In this document: in pieces, positions 50,290-62,399 of the stretch
Layout of the letters: the number at the start of each line of letters is the position of its first letter
Position numbering within the stretch: the first letter of the stretch is position 1
Origin: Vicugna vicugna
Taxonomy: Eukaryota
DNA length: 62,399 nt
Assembly (NCBI GenBank): GCA_013265495.1
Contig: MU058198.1
Coordinates: forward strand, 7,827,779 to 7,890,177
Reading direction: 5' to 3'
The notes under the pieces: generated by a model
Databases searched by the model: none
Seen by the model: the letters and a program-made list of their open reading frames with translations, nothing else
Told to the model about the DNA's origin: nothing
Program-made: the position numbers and the translations under genes

Positions 50290-51959
50290 CAGATGGTTAA
50301 TAAAACCATTCAGTTAATTAACAAGAAAATGAGAGGAGGCTGAGGGGTGATTCGAGGAACTTCCCAACAAAGTGGAAAATCTTTCATGGTTATTAAGAAA
50401 TACGGTGAACAAAGAAATACTGATAGGAGCAAAACAAAGAAGAAACAGAAAGGGGAGAGTCATGGAACTTATCCCAGCAGGGGGGGAATTTTTAGATGGT
50501 TTTGGAGAAATTTAAAATTGGAATGCAAAAATTACAATAAGAAGCCTGACAAGTAATCGCTTGGGACCGTGGTTAGACAGATTAATCAGGTTAATGATTG
50601 ACAAAAGGACGTTGGTTCAGTCCCTCACTGGTGACCCAAAGCCTTTGGCACAAGAGTGGGTAAAGTAGTCAGAGGGTGGAGAAGAGATGTTTCCAGGACT
50701 CCTGGATTCAGCAGCTACACCCATTGGTGTAGCCCCTACGTGGGCAACAATTAGATGAGGGGAATGTAAAAATGTACTGATGGATAGGATTATGAAAGTT
50801 GGAATACTTAAACAGATTTTATGTAAAGAAGTTGTGCCTCCTTTACCTGAATACTTTGGGGGAATGGATATAAGGTTTGGCTGTGGAACACTTCCCCTAC
50901 CTAATATTGTAAAACCAAAATCTGTAGATGAGAAGTCCTCATGGAGGCTACAGTCAGGAAGGTAAGGTAAAAGTTTGTAGGCGAATTGGTAGATTTGAAG
51001 TCTTCATATGAAGTAGTTGCATTTCTTTTACCTGTTGTATTTATGGGGATGGACACTGAATCTCGCAGGGGAACATTTCCCCTACCTGGGATTGTGCACA
51101 ACAGAAGACATGTGAATGTAGCCTTCGAGCAATGTTAAGTGCACGTGCTAAATGGGAATCAGCAAGATTGCCTGAGTGTAGAATAGAAGCTAGAGTGTTG
51201 GTGGGGCAAGTTCTCCGCACGATTGCCCTATGTCGGGTAGCCCTACGTGGAGCACAGGCTGGGGCTTATGGCAAAAGCCTCGGAGAGCCTCCCAGCAATG
51301 CCTGCTGGGGTTTTTGGACTAGAGAAAGTGAAGGTGGCGGCACCCAGAAGAATTCCGTATATAATTGTACTGATCTTGTTCTGGGGAGAATGCAAGGAGG
51401 AAATAGATACCAGCAGGGAGCCTTTTTCCCCCAGGATTGACTCTGGTACTGTGTGCGGAGCTGATGGATTCCACTGTCACTTGGACAGTGCCCTTTAAGC
51501 CACTCTCCACTGACAAAGAGCTACTTGGTTTGTGGATGGCAGTTCCAAGGTCAATAGACAACATTCTGTTTGAAAGGCCACCAGTCTAAATGAAAAAGGT
51601 AAAAAGAGATCAGCCTGAATGTGAGTGTGCTGAATTGCATGCTGTTTTCCTAACAATGATGGAAAAATCATATGGTGTTAAAAGCCCCTACGTTTGGGTT
51701 TTTAATGACTCAGTGGCAGTGGCCAATGGCCTGTCCATATAGTCAGGTAGTAGGTCAGTGGAAACCTGGCCTATTAAAGGGGTGCCTATATGGGGTGTGG
51801 CCCTATGAAAATTGGAGGAGTCTGATAAAATGCTTTAAATCTTATTAACCATTGAAAAATCCCATGGGGTTACAATGGAATGCTACTCCGCAACAAAAAG
51901 GATTAGTACCTACAACAATGGTATCAAAGTCGTTATCCTGAGTGAAGGGAGCCTAACAA

Positions 51960-52120
51960 AGCTTCCGGGCTGGTGAACACAAGGAGGTGCAGGTAGAACG
52001 ACACTGGGAGAGGATATGGAGCCCCGTGCCCTTCCCCTCACCTTACCCTCTGTATCTCTCCTATCTGGCTCTTCCTGAGTTAGGTCCTTTTGTAATAAAC
52101 CAGGGATCTGGTAAGTTAAA
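51960..52120 (+). mobile_element. MER21-like LTR fragment
   Basis: gcttccgggctggtgaacac...ggctcttcctgagttaggtccttttgtaataaac resembles MER21. Confidence 0.55.
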
Positions 52121-52269
52121 AAAAAACTAAAGCCTAACAAAAATAGCAAATCCTATCTGACTTCATTTTAAGGAAATCTTTTAAAAATGCAAACGAACAT
52201 ATAGTGACAGAAAGAAAATCAGTGGTTGCCTGAGGATGGGGGAAAGAGGGATTAAAAAGAGGCACAAGT

Positions 52270-53530
52270 TTAGGAAAACTGGGCATCCACTTGCAAAAGA
52301 GTGAAGTTGGGCTCTTACCGCACACCCTTACCATATACAAAAATTGACTCAAAATGGATCAAAGGCCTAAACATAAGAGCTAAACTGTAAAACCCTTACA
52401 AGAAAAATAGGGGAAATTGGATTCATGAAAAGTTCATGAAATTGGATCTGACAATGATTTCATGGATATGACATTAAAAGCATATGCAACAAAAGAAAAA
52501 ACAGGTAAACTGAACTATATCAAAATTAACTTCTGTGCATCAAAGGACACAATCAACAGAGTGAAAAGACGCAATGGGGGAAAAACATTTGCAAATACAT
52601 ATCTGACACAGACTGAATATCCAAAATACCTAAAGAACTCCTGCAACTCAACAACGACAAAAACAACCCAATTTAAAAACAAAGGACTTGAATATGTGTA
52701 TATACAAAGATACACATGTGACTAACAAGCACTTGAAAAGATGCTCAGTAATAATAATAATTAGGGAAATGCAAATCAAAACCACAATGAGACACCACCT
52801 CATACTCTTTAGGATAGATATTACCCCAAAACCCAAAAATACAGCCCACCACAACAAAGAAAAACATAAAACAAGTGTTGGCAAGGGCGTGGAGAAATTG
52901 GAACCCATTGACACCGTGGTAAATATGTAAAATGGTACAACAGCTATGGAAACAGTATGGTGGTTCCTCAAATAATTAAGAACAGAAATACCATATGATC
53001 TGGCAACTCTCCTTCTAGCTATATACACAAAAAGTAGTGAAAGCAGGCTCTCGAGATATTTGTACACACCCATGTTCATAGCAATATTATTCACAACAGC
53101 CAAACGTGTCCATCAACGGTTAAATAAAACATGATTTCTATAACGGAATACTATTCAGCCTTAAAAAGGGAGGGAATTCTGACAGATGCTACAACATGGA
53201 TGATCCTTGAGGACACTATCCAAAGTGAAATAAGCCAGTCACAAAAAGACAAACACGGTTGTGATTTCACTTATGGGAGGACCTAGAGTAGCCAAATTCA
53301 TAGAGACAGAAAGTAGAATGGTAGTTGCCAGGGGCTGGGGGAGGGGATGGAGAGTTGTTTTAAGGGCTATAGAAATTCAGTTGTGCAAGATGAAAGGAGT
53401 TCAGGAGATGGATGGTGGTAACGGCTGCACAACAAAGGACATGTACTTGACGCTACTGATCTTCACACTTAAAAATAGTCGGAGGGTAAATATTACCTTA
53501 TGTGGATTATACCATGATTTAAACTAAAAA
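52270..53530 (+). mobile_element. Old LINE-1 ORF2 C-terminus plus 3'UTR
   Basis: [25 protein letters not shown] and KFIETESRMVVARGWG motifs. Confidence 0.85.
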
Positions 53531-54472
53531 TAAAACCTCAAGTGACTGTATTTCTCACTGACATTACTTTAGTATGAAAAGCAGTCTCGTATTCACCCGT
53601 CCTTCCACACAGCCCTGCAAAGATGAACACCCAGTGGCCACGATTTGATCACATTCACAATTCTCGTTCTTTCCTTCAGCACCGAATCAAGGTTGAAATG
53701 AGTCTTGTTAACTGGCCCCTGTTCTCTGCAAATCCAGTGAAGGCAGACCAGCCTCTCTAGGTTCCATCAGGAGTGGTCCCATGCATTTTCTGCCACTCAC
53801 AGGATGAACATTAATTACAAACAATCAAATCTCATTTTCAGTTACTTGAGTTTTCAGCTGCAAATAACTTATCAAGAACCTCTCCCCCTTGGACGCACTT
53901 CAAAGACACCTCGGGCTGATTCAGGCTCTCCACATCAGGGACTTCATCCCAGTGGAGTGACATGTTTACTCTGTCACCCATGAGTTAGCCATGGCTACCT
54001 CGCTGTATACCTTTGACATTACACAATGTGCGAGTGTTGTCTGATAAAAGAATTTTCCCACAGCTTATTCATCAAGCATAACATTTGTCAGATGCTGGGG
54101 GTAAAACCTACCAAACAGCCACCATCCTTGCCACCTTCTTCCTGGCTGGCACAGCTCCCTCTGTTACCAAGCCTGCAAAAGGCAGATACTAATTTTCTCA
54201 GTGCTCCATGTAGTCAGGGGATGGAATTCTTTCTAAATTGAGACAGAGTTGATGTACAGCATTATATGTTATAGGTATACAACATAGTGATTCACAATTT
54301 TTAAAGGTTATACTCCATTTACAGTTATTATAAAATGTTGGTTGTATTTCCCATGCTGTACTACATATTCTTGTAGCCTATTTATTATATGCATAGTAGT
54401 TTGTACCTCTTTATCCCCTGCCCCTCTCTTGCCCCTCCCCCATCCCCTTTCCCCACTGATAACCACTATTTT

Positions 54473-56055
54473 TTTTAACATTTTTTATTGATTTATAATC
54501 ATTTTACAATGTTGTGTCAAATTCCAGTGTTCAGCACAATTTTTCAGTCATTCATGGACATATACACACTCATTGTCACATTTTTTTCTCTGTGATTTAT
54601 CATAACATTTTGTGTATATTTCCCTGTGCTATACAGTGTAATCTTGTTTATCTATTCTACAATTTTGAAATCCCAGTCTATCCCTTCCCACCCTCTACCC
54701 CCCTGGTAACCACAAGTCTGTATTCTCTGTCCATGAGTCTATTTCTGTCCTGTATTTATGCTTTGTTTTTGTTTGTTTGTTTGTTTTTGTTTTTTAGATT
54801 CCACATATGAGCGATCTCATATGGTATTTTTCTTTCTCTTTCTGGCTTACTTCACTTAGAATGACATTCTCTAGGAGCATCCATGTTGCTGCAAATGGCA
54901 TTATGTTGTCGGTTTTTATGGCTGAGTAGTATTCCATTGTATAAATATACCACATCTTCTTTATCCAGTCACCTGTTGATGGACATTTAGGCTGTTTCCA
55001 TGTTTTGGCTATTGTAAATAGTGCTGCTATGAACATTGGGGTGCAGGTGTCATCCTGAAGTAGATTTCCTTCTGGGTACAAGCCCAGGAGTGGGATTCCT
55101 GGGTCATATGGTAAGTCTATTCCTAGTCTTTTGAGGAATCTCCACACTGTTTTCCATAGTGGCTGCACCAAACTGCATTCCCACCAGCAGTGTAGGAGGG
55201 TTCCCCTTTCTCCACAGCCTCTCCAGCATTTGTCATTTTTGGATTTTTGAATGACGGCCATTCTGACTGGTGTGAGGTGATACCTCATTGTAGTTTTGAT
55301 TTGCATTTCTCTGATAATTAGTGATATTGAACATTTTTTCATGTGCTTTTTGATCATTTGTATGTCTTCCTTGGAGAATTGCTTGTTTAGGTCTTCTGCC
55401 CATTTTTGGATTGGGTTGTTTATTTTTTTCTTATTGAGTCGTATGAGCTGCTTATATATTTTGGAGATCAAGCCTTTGTCGGTTTCACTTGCAAAAATTT
55501 TCTCCCATTCCGTAGGTTTTCTTCTTGTTTTATTTCTGGTTTCCTTTGCTCTGCAGAAGCTTGTAAGTTTCATTAGGTCCCATTTGTTTATTCTTGCTTT
55601 TATTTCTTCTAGGAGAAAATTTTTGAAATGTATGTCAGATAATGTTTTGCCTATGTTTTCCTCTAGGAGGTTTATTGTATCTTGTCTTATGTTTAAGTCT
55701 TTAATCCATTTTGAGTTGATTTTTGTATATGGTGTAAGGGTGTGTTCTAGCTTCATTGTTTTACATGCTGCTGTCCAGTTTTCCCAACACCATTTGCTGA
55801 AGAGACTGTCTTTATTCCATTGTATATTCTTCCCTCCTTTGTCGAAGATGAGTTGACCAAAAGTTTGTGGGTTCATTTCTGGGCTCTCTATTCTGTTCCA
55901 TTGGTCTATATGTCTGTTTTGGTACCAATACCATGCTGTCTTGATGACTGTAGCTCTATAGTATTGTCTGAAGTCTGGGAGAGTTATTCCTCCAGCCTCT
56001 TTCTTTCTCTTCAGTAATGCTTTAGCAATTCTAGGTCTTTGATGGTTCCATATAA
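54473..56055 (-). mobile_element. Young 5'-truncated LINE-1 with an uninterrupted ORF2 C-terminus (~420 codons), inserted in an older antisense L1 3' end (~54232-56245)
   Basis: ORF 54794-56164(-) contains canonical ORF2 text ([24 protein letters not shown]...HCWWEC...). Perfect 15-bp TSD gataaccactatttt at 54458-54472 and 56056-56070. Confidence 0.93.
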
Positions 56056-56989
56056 GATAACCACTATTTTGTTCTCTGTATCTGTGAGTCTGTTTCTTTG
56101 TTGTTATATTCCCTAGTTCGTTGTATTTTTTAGATTCCACATATAAGTGATATGTGGAATACATATCATACAGTATTTTCCTTTTTCTGTCTGACTCATT
56201 TCACTTAGCATAATCCCCTCCATGTCTATCCATGTTGTTGCAACAGAGGATGGAATTTGACTCAATCCTGGTCCTTGAGAACTTAAGGGACCTCATGTGA
56301 GGATCTGTGGAAAAGATTTACCTCCCTGATACATGAAGATGTGAGGAGAAACTTGTTTGCAATCTTGGAAACTCCCTGGGTAAAATCTGAAACTGGCCTT
56401 GTACACGGAGGACAAGGAGAGATGGAAGAAAGAGGCGGACCACTCCAGCTTGGTAGGCGGCAGGTGTAACAAGTGAGGAAACTTACATATGAGACTTGCC
56501 TTGCCACGGCCGCAAGAGGGGTAGATCTCTACACCCATCTGCCAGAATCTTAAAAGCTTGTGTAGAGGCCTTAATGGGGTGCAGTCACGTGCACTGTCCA
56601 TGTGGTCTCTACAACATATTACTCTCTCAAGGCTGTGTCCTTGAAACAGCTCCTAGTGGGGGAAAGGTGGGCAGAACGCCCATTCCAAGGACAGGGGAGG
56701 GGGAGGGGAGCCTCTGATTATTGGGACCCAGCTCGTGGGTCGAAGACCAGTCACGTCCTCTTGATGACTTCCTCCAACCCCCACCCCTCGAGACCAGTCC
56801 TTATAATCTCACACAGCCCCCTCTTCTACAGTGGGCTCTGAGCGGTCAGCAGGGGGTGTCACTAGCATGGAGGTGACTCATTGGGCAGCTGTCTGGAGGC
56901 TGATGCCACAGCAGCCACAGAGGCACATGCTGTTCTCAGCAGCACAGCACGCTGATCCACGGTGAGAACCGGGACAATGCCTGTCTCCC

Positions 56990-57800
56990 TTGACTTCCAT
57001 ACCTTTAAGGCACTGGGTGCAATGCAAATGGGGCAACAGGCCCTACTGGTTGTTACTCAAATGTATTAAAGGCTGGGAAAGTACTTTAGTCCATTCAGCC
57101 AAGGTGGTTTTGCCAGTTAGTAATTTAATCTGCTGCTTTAACATTTTTCTTCCTTTCTACCAGTGCTGCTGCCTATGGCTTATAGGGGAGATAGAACCTC
57201 CATTCGATGTCATGTTCCTTTGCCCAGTCTTGCATTTCATGCACCTTTGAAATGTGACCCTCACCGCTGTATTCAACGAGGGTACCTGTCCATGGTACTC
57301 AGCTTCTCTAATCCTCTAATGGTGGCTGCCTGGTTTGCACAGCAACAAGGGAAAGCTTGGACAGACCAAATGCAGTGTCCACAAAAACCAAGGCATATTT
57401 AGAGCCCTCACTCAGAGGGAGGGGACCAATATACTAAGCTTGCCAATCCCTCACCAGCTGGGAACTCCAGTGGATGGCCCCAGACTCCTTTGGCAGTTGC
57501 CCTGGTTATTGTTTAGAACATACAGGACATGCTATTACTGCACTAGCCAAGTCATTGTATTTCAAGGGCAATCCAGCATCCTTGGCAACACACCATCCCA
57601 CTCTGGCACTGTACTACAGTTGAAGGATTGGTTGCTAGGGCTCACACCTGAGCTACAGCTTCAGCTTCCTGGTTGCTGGGGGAGTGAGTGCCTTCCGAGC
57701 CAAGACATGGAGGAACAATGAGGACTGACTCAAGCTCTTGCAGTCAAACCCAAATATCTTTCCACAGATCCTGACCCCACAAGTGCCTTTTCATGATCAT
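56990..57800 (-). mobile_element. ERVL/class III pol remnant (RNase H C-terminus plus integrase)
   Basis: Minus strand reads LWGQDLWKDI..NQEAEAVA..CPVC..DWQA*YIGPLP..YALVFVDT..QDWAKEHDIEWRFYLPYKP*AAALVER, with stops and frameshifts. Confidence 0.75.
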
Positions 57801-60189
57801 CCACCCCTCAGCTTCCCATTTTCTAAACCATATATTTGAACCCAGTGGCTTTCACTGAAGCCTGGATTTTATCAAAGCTTTTGCATCATTTCCAAACAAA
57901 GCATAATGATCTGATAGTTTCGTGGCACTTTTTGACAGTTTCATAATAGACAACAGCCTAGGAACAAATATATGTCTGACCTGATAAAATCCAATTTTCA
58001 AATGGTGTAAGATTTCCTAGATACATTAAAATTTTTTGGCTCACACTCACTCATCCCAGCATTCATACACTTAATTCTATAGTAATGTGCAGTGGAATCT
58101 CAATACTGATTTTGATGTCACTATTCTAAATTACAGCAATTATGTTTTCATTCTTTATCACAACTTTTAGGCTTCAGTGAATAATTTTTGAGCCATTAAT
58201 CCATTTTTGTGACTTGGGGATATGGTATAACACAATAGAAGCCCTGAAAATGCAATGAAAGTAAGCAATAACACACAAAGGAAAACTATGTGAAAATAGC
58301 ACCTGTTATCTGCATGTTAGACAAGACTTGGAGTCCGTGGACGAGCTTGAGGAACACGATTATTAAGAATATAGCAGGCTGCTGTGAAAGTCACCGGGTG
58401 CAAATGTGTGAGATGTGTGGGTTTAAAATTGTTTCTAGGGTTTTTTTTCCCTCAAAAACTTAGCACTTAGGAGACCACTGGAGACCGCCATGGCTTGTGG
58501 CACACATGTTGAGAAATAGCACTCTAAAGCCTGATTCTCATAGGGTATAATCTGGAGCCCTGCTCAAGGCAGTTTCATTATAATTGGTCCTTCGGGAGAT
58601 TCCAAAGCTTCCAAATCCAAAAAGGTTTGGGACCCTATGGTGGATGTGGGAAATATTTTTGAGTGGAGGGGAAAGGACACTCTCTAGCTTCTCTGCAAAT
58701 CACAGGATCAACTGCATCCTTCATCTGTTTTTTCACTGAAACATCGGCAAGGCCTGAGCACCTTGGTGGTGGCAGCAGCAGTGGGATCTCTCCAGGGAAG
58801 GGAATGGCCTTTTATGTGTTGACTCCCAGCTCAGTACCAGGCACCACTATGAGCTTTATGCTGAGATGGGTGGCATAATAATTAGAATGACCTTACTGGG
58901 GGCATTGGGTCCCGGATAGAGGACTTCAAAGTGCTCTCCAGTCACTAACCATATGCAAACAATGTCCCCTTCAGCACATCCCAGGGTCTGTAAGAAACAT
59001 CTGTGTATTGTTTTCTCCAAGGACCATTCCAGCTGGGAGAGTAGCCACTGAGGGCTACCCCTTCGCCTTGTCTCCCTGTCCCCCACGCCCACATCTCCAT
59101 CAACTTTCTACCAGTGACAGACCTGAGAACGGAGTGAGCAGATTAAGAGGCCAGGTTACCCCCAACAAGGGTAACTTGTTCATAACCCCCACTCTGTTTA
59201 ACTGTCTTGTCCTGGCCCCAGGCCTCAGGGCTGGCTAGGGTCCACCATAACTAGGGGACACCATGGGCATCATTTTCCAGGACTCGTATCCATAAGAGGC
59301 CTTAATTTTAAACCTATGACATGTAACCAATAAAGGCACATCTTTTTTGTGTGTTTGCAATTGTTAATTTATGAATGCAAACAGTGAAAATACAGAATTA
59401 TCATCATGTTCTGGCATTTCTTCATTTGCTATATTTGAAGCCTCAAAATTTGGAAGTGACCCGAGCCCCTTTATATCTTTGAGAAACCCTGGAGCTGGTT
59501 GAGCCAAACTGGCAATGGGACAACCCTGCCCCTGGAGGGGCGCCATACTTCCCTTCTAGCCAGCTAGAAGCCAAGTTTACAAGTTACAATGTGCAGATAT
59601 GTCATTCCCAATTCAGTTTGGGGAACATGAATTCCGATTTCCAAGATGAAACTAAGAACTGACTGGCAATATTTTACTAGAAATTAGAATGACGGAGAGG
59701 CACAGAGCATCTCATACTGTGTGTTCTGAAGCCAGCCTTCTGGAAATGGAACTGGCTTCCTAACATCAAGCTGGAGAGTTCAGAAGTTACACTGCGAGTA
59801 ATGGGGAGCCACTGAAGATGGGTGAGGATGAGTGCCTTTTTCAGCACTGTGTTTTTGAAAGGTCACTGGTGGCTACTGGAAGAGGGGAGACTGGTGCTTG
59901 AGGCTATTATCCATGTATTTCTAGGTAGAAATTCAAAGTCAAGTCCTCAGAGGGGCATGGCAGGGATCTTGTCCTGGGATTTCCAGTTGGAGCCTTGACA
60001 AGACCAGTGGCCCTTCCCAGGCAAGATGTTTGTGCAAACACACTACATCCTCCCAAGGAGCGAAAGCAACCTGATCCCAGCCTCCCTCATATGAAATGCT
60101 TCTTTCCCATCAGAATTAACTTGGGTGAGAGTGAGAGGGCCAGGAAACCTCTCAGGGAAGAGCAGATCCAAACAGCAGAAGGTAGTTTC

Positions 60190-62071
60190 TTATTGGGCAG
60201 CTTGGGGGTCTGCTGTCCCATTTTCTGGGACAGTCTGTCCATTTGCTTCTGCCATCATTTCCTTGTACTGACGTTTGAAGAAGCCAACCTGTTGGGGAGG
60301 AAGCAGAAGAAAACCAGGAAGTCCAGTGGAAGAGAGGAAAAGAGCCAATGGGGAAGGGGAGCAATCACCATTTCTGGAACCCCTCCTATGTTCCAACACT
60401 GCACTAGAAACTTTATATAAATTGTGTCATTTAGACTTTGCCACAATTCTGTGAGCTGGGTAGAACCACCTTCAGTATGAGAACCAAGACCCAGCATGGA
60501 CCAGGCACTTGCCAATAGTCAAGGAAAGAATGCAGTGACTTAGGAAGAATGTGTGCCTGATTCCATGGTGAGCTCTTCTCACAGTATAGGAAGAGTAGGA
60601 TCAAGCACTGGTGGTGTCAGGAGTGGGATAAAAACACTCACCTTGTACAGGACGGCTGTGATGAGAGCTAGCAGCAGCAGTCCTCCCACAGTGCTGCCCA
60701 CAATAATGGGACCAGGGTTATGGACCTCATACTTCTCCAGCACCAGCTCCGTCTGGAGTGGAGGTGACCTCATCAGAAAGTATCATGCCTCTTGCTGTTC
60801 CAGACTCCTCTCGGGTCCCCAGCCTTTACCTCCCTCCCCTCCTTCACCAGGCTCTGCTCCAAGGGATGAGATACAGAAGCACTCGTAGGCTGAGGGACAA
60901 CTGTCCTACCCAGGAACATCCATCCTTCCTCCCTCTAGGCTTGCAAGCCACCCCCCTCCCCCAGCACCACAGATTTAGCATCAGGACCCTCTTGCCAGCC
61001 TGGCCACTGCCCATCACACAGTCACTACCTGGGCTCTCAAAAATGCCTCCTGTCCTGGAAGCTGGGAATACACAGATCTGTCAAATGTGATTTCAGCCAC
61101 ACTCACGACTACCACCTTCTTCTGCAATGTCTGCAAAAGAGAAGCAGAGAAATGGGAGCTAGCTCTGGGGAAGGCTCAGAGTTAGAGAAATGCCCTGGCT
61201 TGAGGTGGACACAGACACCTCAGGCCCCACCCGAGTCTGGGAAAGGGATTCTGCTCTTGGAACTACACACCTGGCTGACCCAGTCAAAGCTGAGGTTGCC
61301 TTTCAAAATGAAGTCAAGTTCCTCCTGGACACCGAAGGAGGGGATGTCACAGCGGAACCTCAGGCAGTCAGCAATGGAGCAGTCCTAGGGACACAGAAGT
61401 AGCATCAGACTAGAGAAGGATGGGTTTGAAGTTAGAACACAGCATTCAACTGTCTGATCTGAGGGGAGCAGCCGTATCTGAACTCAGACAGGCTATTCAG
61501 CAGACATCAATCTGATGTAACATGGATTCCTGAATTAAATTCTTCTGAAGTGTGACTTCCAGTGGGGCACACCTCCTCACCAGCACAGGATTCTTCCGAA
61601 AGTGGGTCAGGAAGTCAGACTCTCTGGGCACTATTCTCTCTGAAGAGCACTGAATGGACGGGTTCTAGGAAAATCACAGAGAGAAAGCATCTCACAGGGT
61701 CATCAGGGATTCATGAAGGACAAGGAGGCCCAGCAGGGCATCAGCAGAGGACCCACACACAGCTCTTGAGTACCTGAGGGTGGAAGACCTCCACATCCTT
61801 CCACACTGCCACCTGGTTCAGCTCCACGGGCACTGAGAAATCAATGCTGGCAGGCAGGTCCCTCTGTCCCAGGTTGTTCACCTGCATGGAGGGCAGTGAG
61901 GGCAAAGGTCATGCCAAACCCCACATCCCTCCCGAGTCTCTGGCTCCTGGGCCCCCCGCCCCGGCCCACGCTCCTCAGTCGCCCTCACTTGCCTGGTATC
62001 TGTGCTGGGCCCTGCGGCTGTCCTTCTCCTCTGAGGCCGAGAAGTTGAGGTACTTGGTGGACTCTTCATGG
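60190..62071 (-). CDS. ITGAX: Integrin alpha-X (CD11c), second copy, exons 24-30; the gene continues beyond the window end
   Basis: Minus-strand exons 62071-61993, 61881-61774, 61664-61581, 61384-61271, 61130-61029, 60752-60642, 60288-60190, all in frame. They translate to ...[46 protein letters not shown].../[17 protein letters not shown].../[69 protein letters not shown]. The EANGQ..PENGT tail is alpha-X-like, not alpha-D-like. Confidence 0.93.
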
Positions 62072-62399
62072 CTGGGGAGAGGAGGGGCATGGTTGGATGT
62101 GGGGTTCCATTAGGGCCCCATGAGGAGGCTCTGGCTGGGAGCTTAACAGAACACGGGTCAGTGACCCTTGGGCTGCTCTGGAACGAGGTCTGTGGCTGAC
62201 GTGGGGTAACGGGAGGTTTAGGGAGCAGGGCTGGGCTTCCAGCTGGGCGCAAAGTGCTTGCAGAGGCTGCCCACGGAGGAAGCTGGATGGGCACGGGGAC
62301 ACGGCAAAGGCTTCGGGAGATTCAAATGATGCTGTGGACAGAGGTCTCCTGGATCCATTCCTGTCTCGTCTCCCACAGGCCTTGTTTCCTTGGCTGCTC
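61810..62399 (-). repeat. Right arm (visible part) of the inverted ITGAX segmental duplication; extends past the window end
   Basis: Matches 42276-42866 in reverse complement; the ORF track shows near-identical 138 aa ORFs at 42382+ and 61878-. Confidence 0.95.

Larger units (their letters stand above)
47950..51830 (+). mobile_element. Ancient ERVL/class III internal remnant (gag to RNase H), interrupted by younger LTRs
   Basis: YHQLPEETSLKWVVRV is gag-like (48720s); D.W AVANGL.I.SG...IKGVPIWGVAL near 51705-51810 is RNase H-like. Confidence 0.6.

Noticed and set aside
54794..56164. 456-aa ORF as a host gene
   Set aside because: It is L1 ORF2 C-terminal sequence; the first ~37 codons come from flanking older L1 DNA outside the TSD.
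51700..57800. Plus-strand ERVL RNase H and minus-strand ERVL integrase as one element split by an inversion
   Set aside because: Both pieces contain their own W.I....WG..LW RNase H segment, so they are separate insertions.
60190..62071. Minus-strand integrin interpreted as ITGAD
   Set aside because: The cytoplasmic tail is alpha-X type, and the intron 23-exon 25 DNA is ~98% identical to the + ITGAX copy.

Overview
Mammalian genomic DNA from the beta-2 integrin alpha-chain cluster, probably camelid (a Vic-1-like tRNA-derived SINE is present). It holds three integrin units. (1) The 3' two-thirds of an intact ITGAM/CD11b gene on + (exons 10-30, 1108-16826). (2) An ITGAX/CD11c copy on + at the expected position after ITGAM (27325-42866). 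Its exons and splice sites are intact except for one in-frame TAG in exon 12 (32939-32941, codon 418), and it is cut off in mid exon 25 and fused to a 5'-truncated ERV1 internal region. (3) The 3' end (exons 24-30) of a second, apparently intact ITGAX on the opposite strand (60190 to beyond 62399), about 98% identical to the first copy where they overlap. The two copies form an inverted duplication around a ~19 kb segment that is dense in ERV/L1 sequence and carries the only ITGAX transmembrane and tail exons in the window. ITGAM and ITGAX also share a homogenised exon 13-14 block, consistent with gene conversion. Exon numbers follow the human gene models from memory. All alignments and counts were done by eye.
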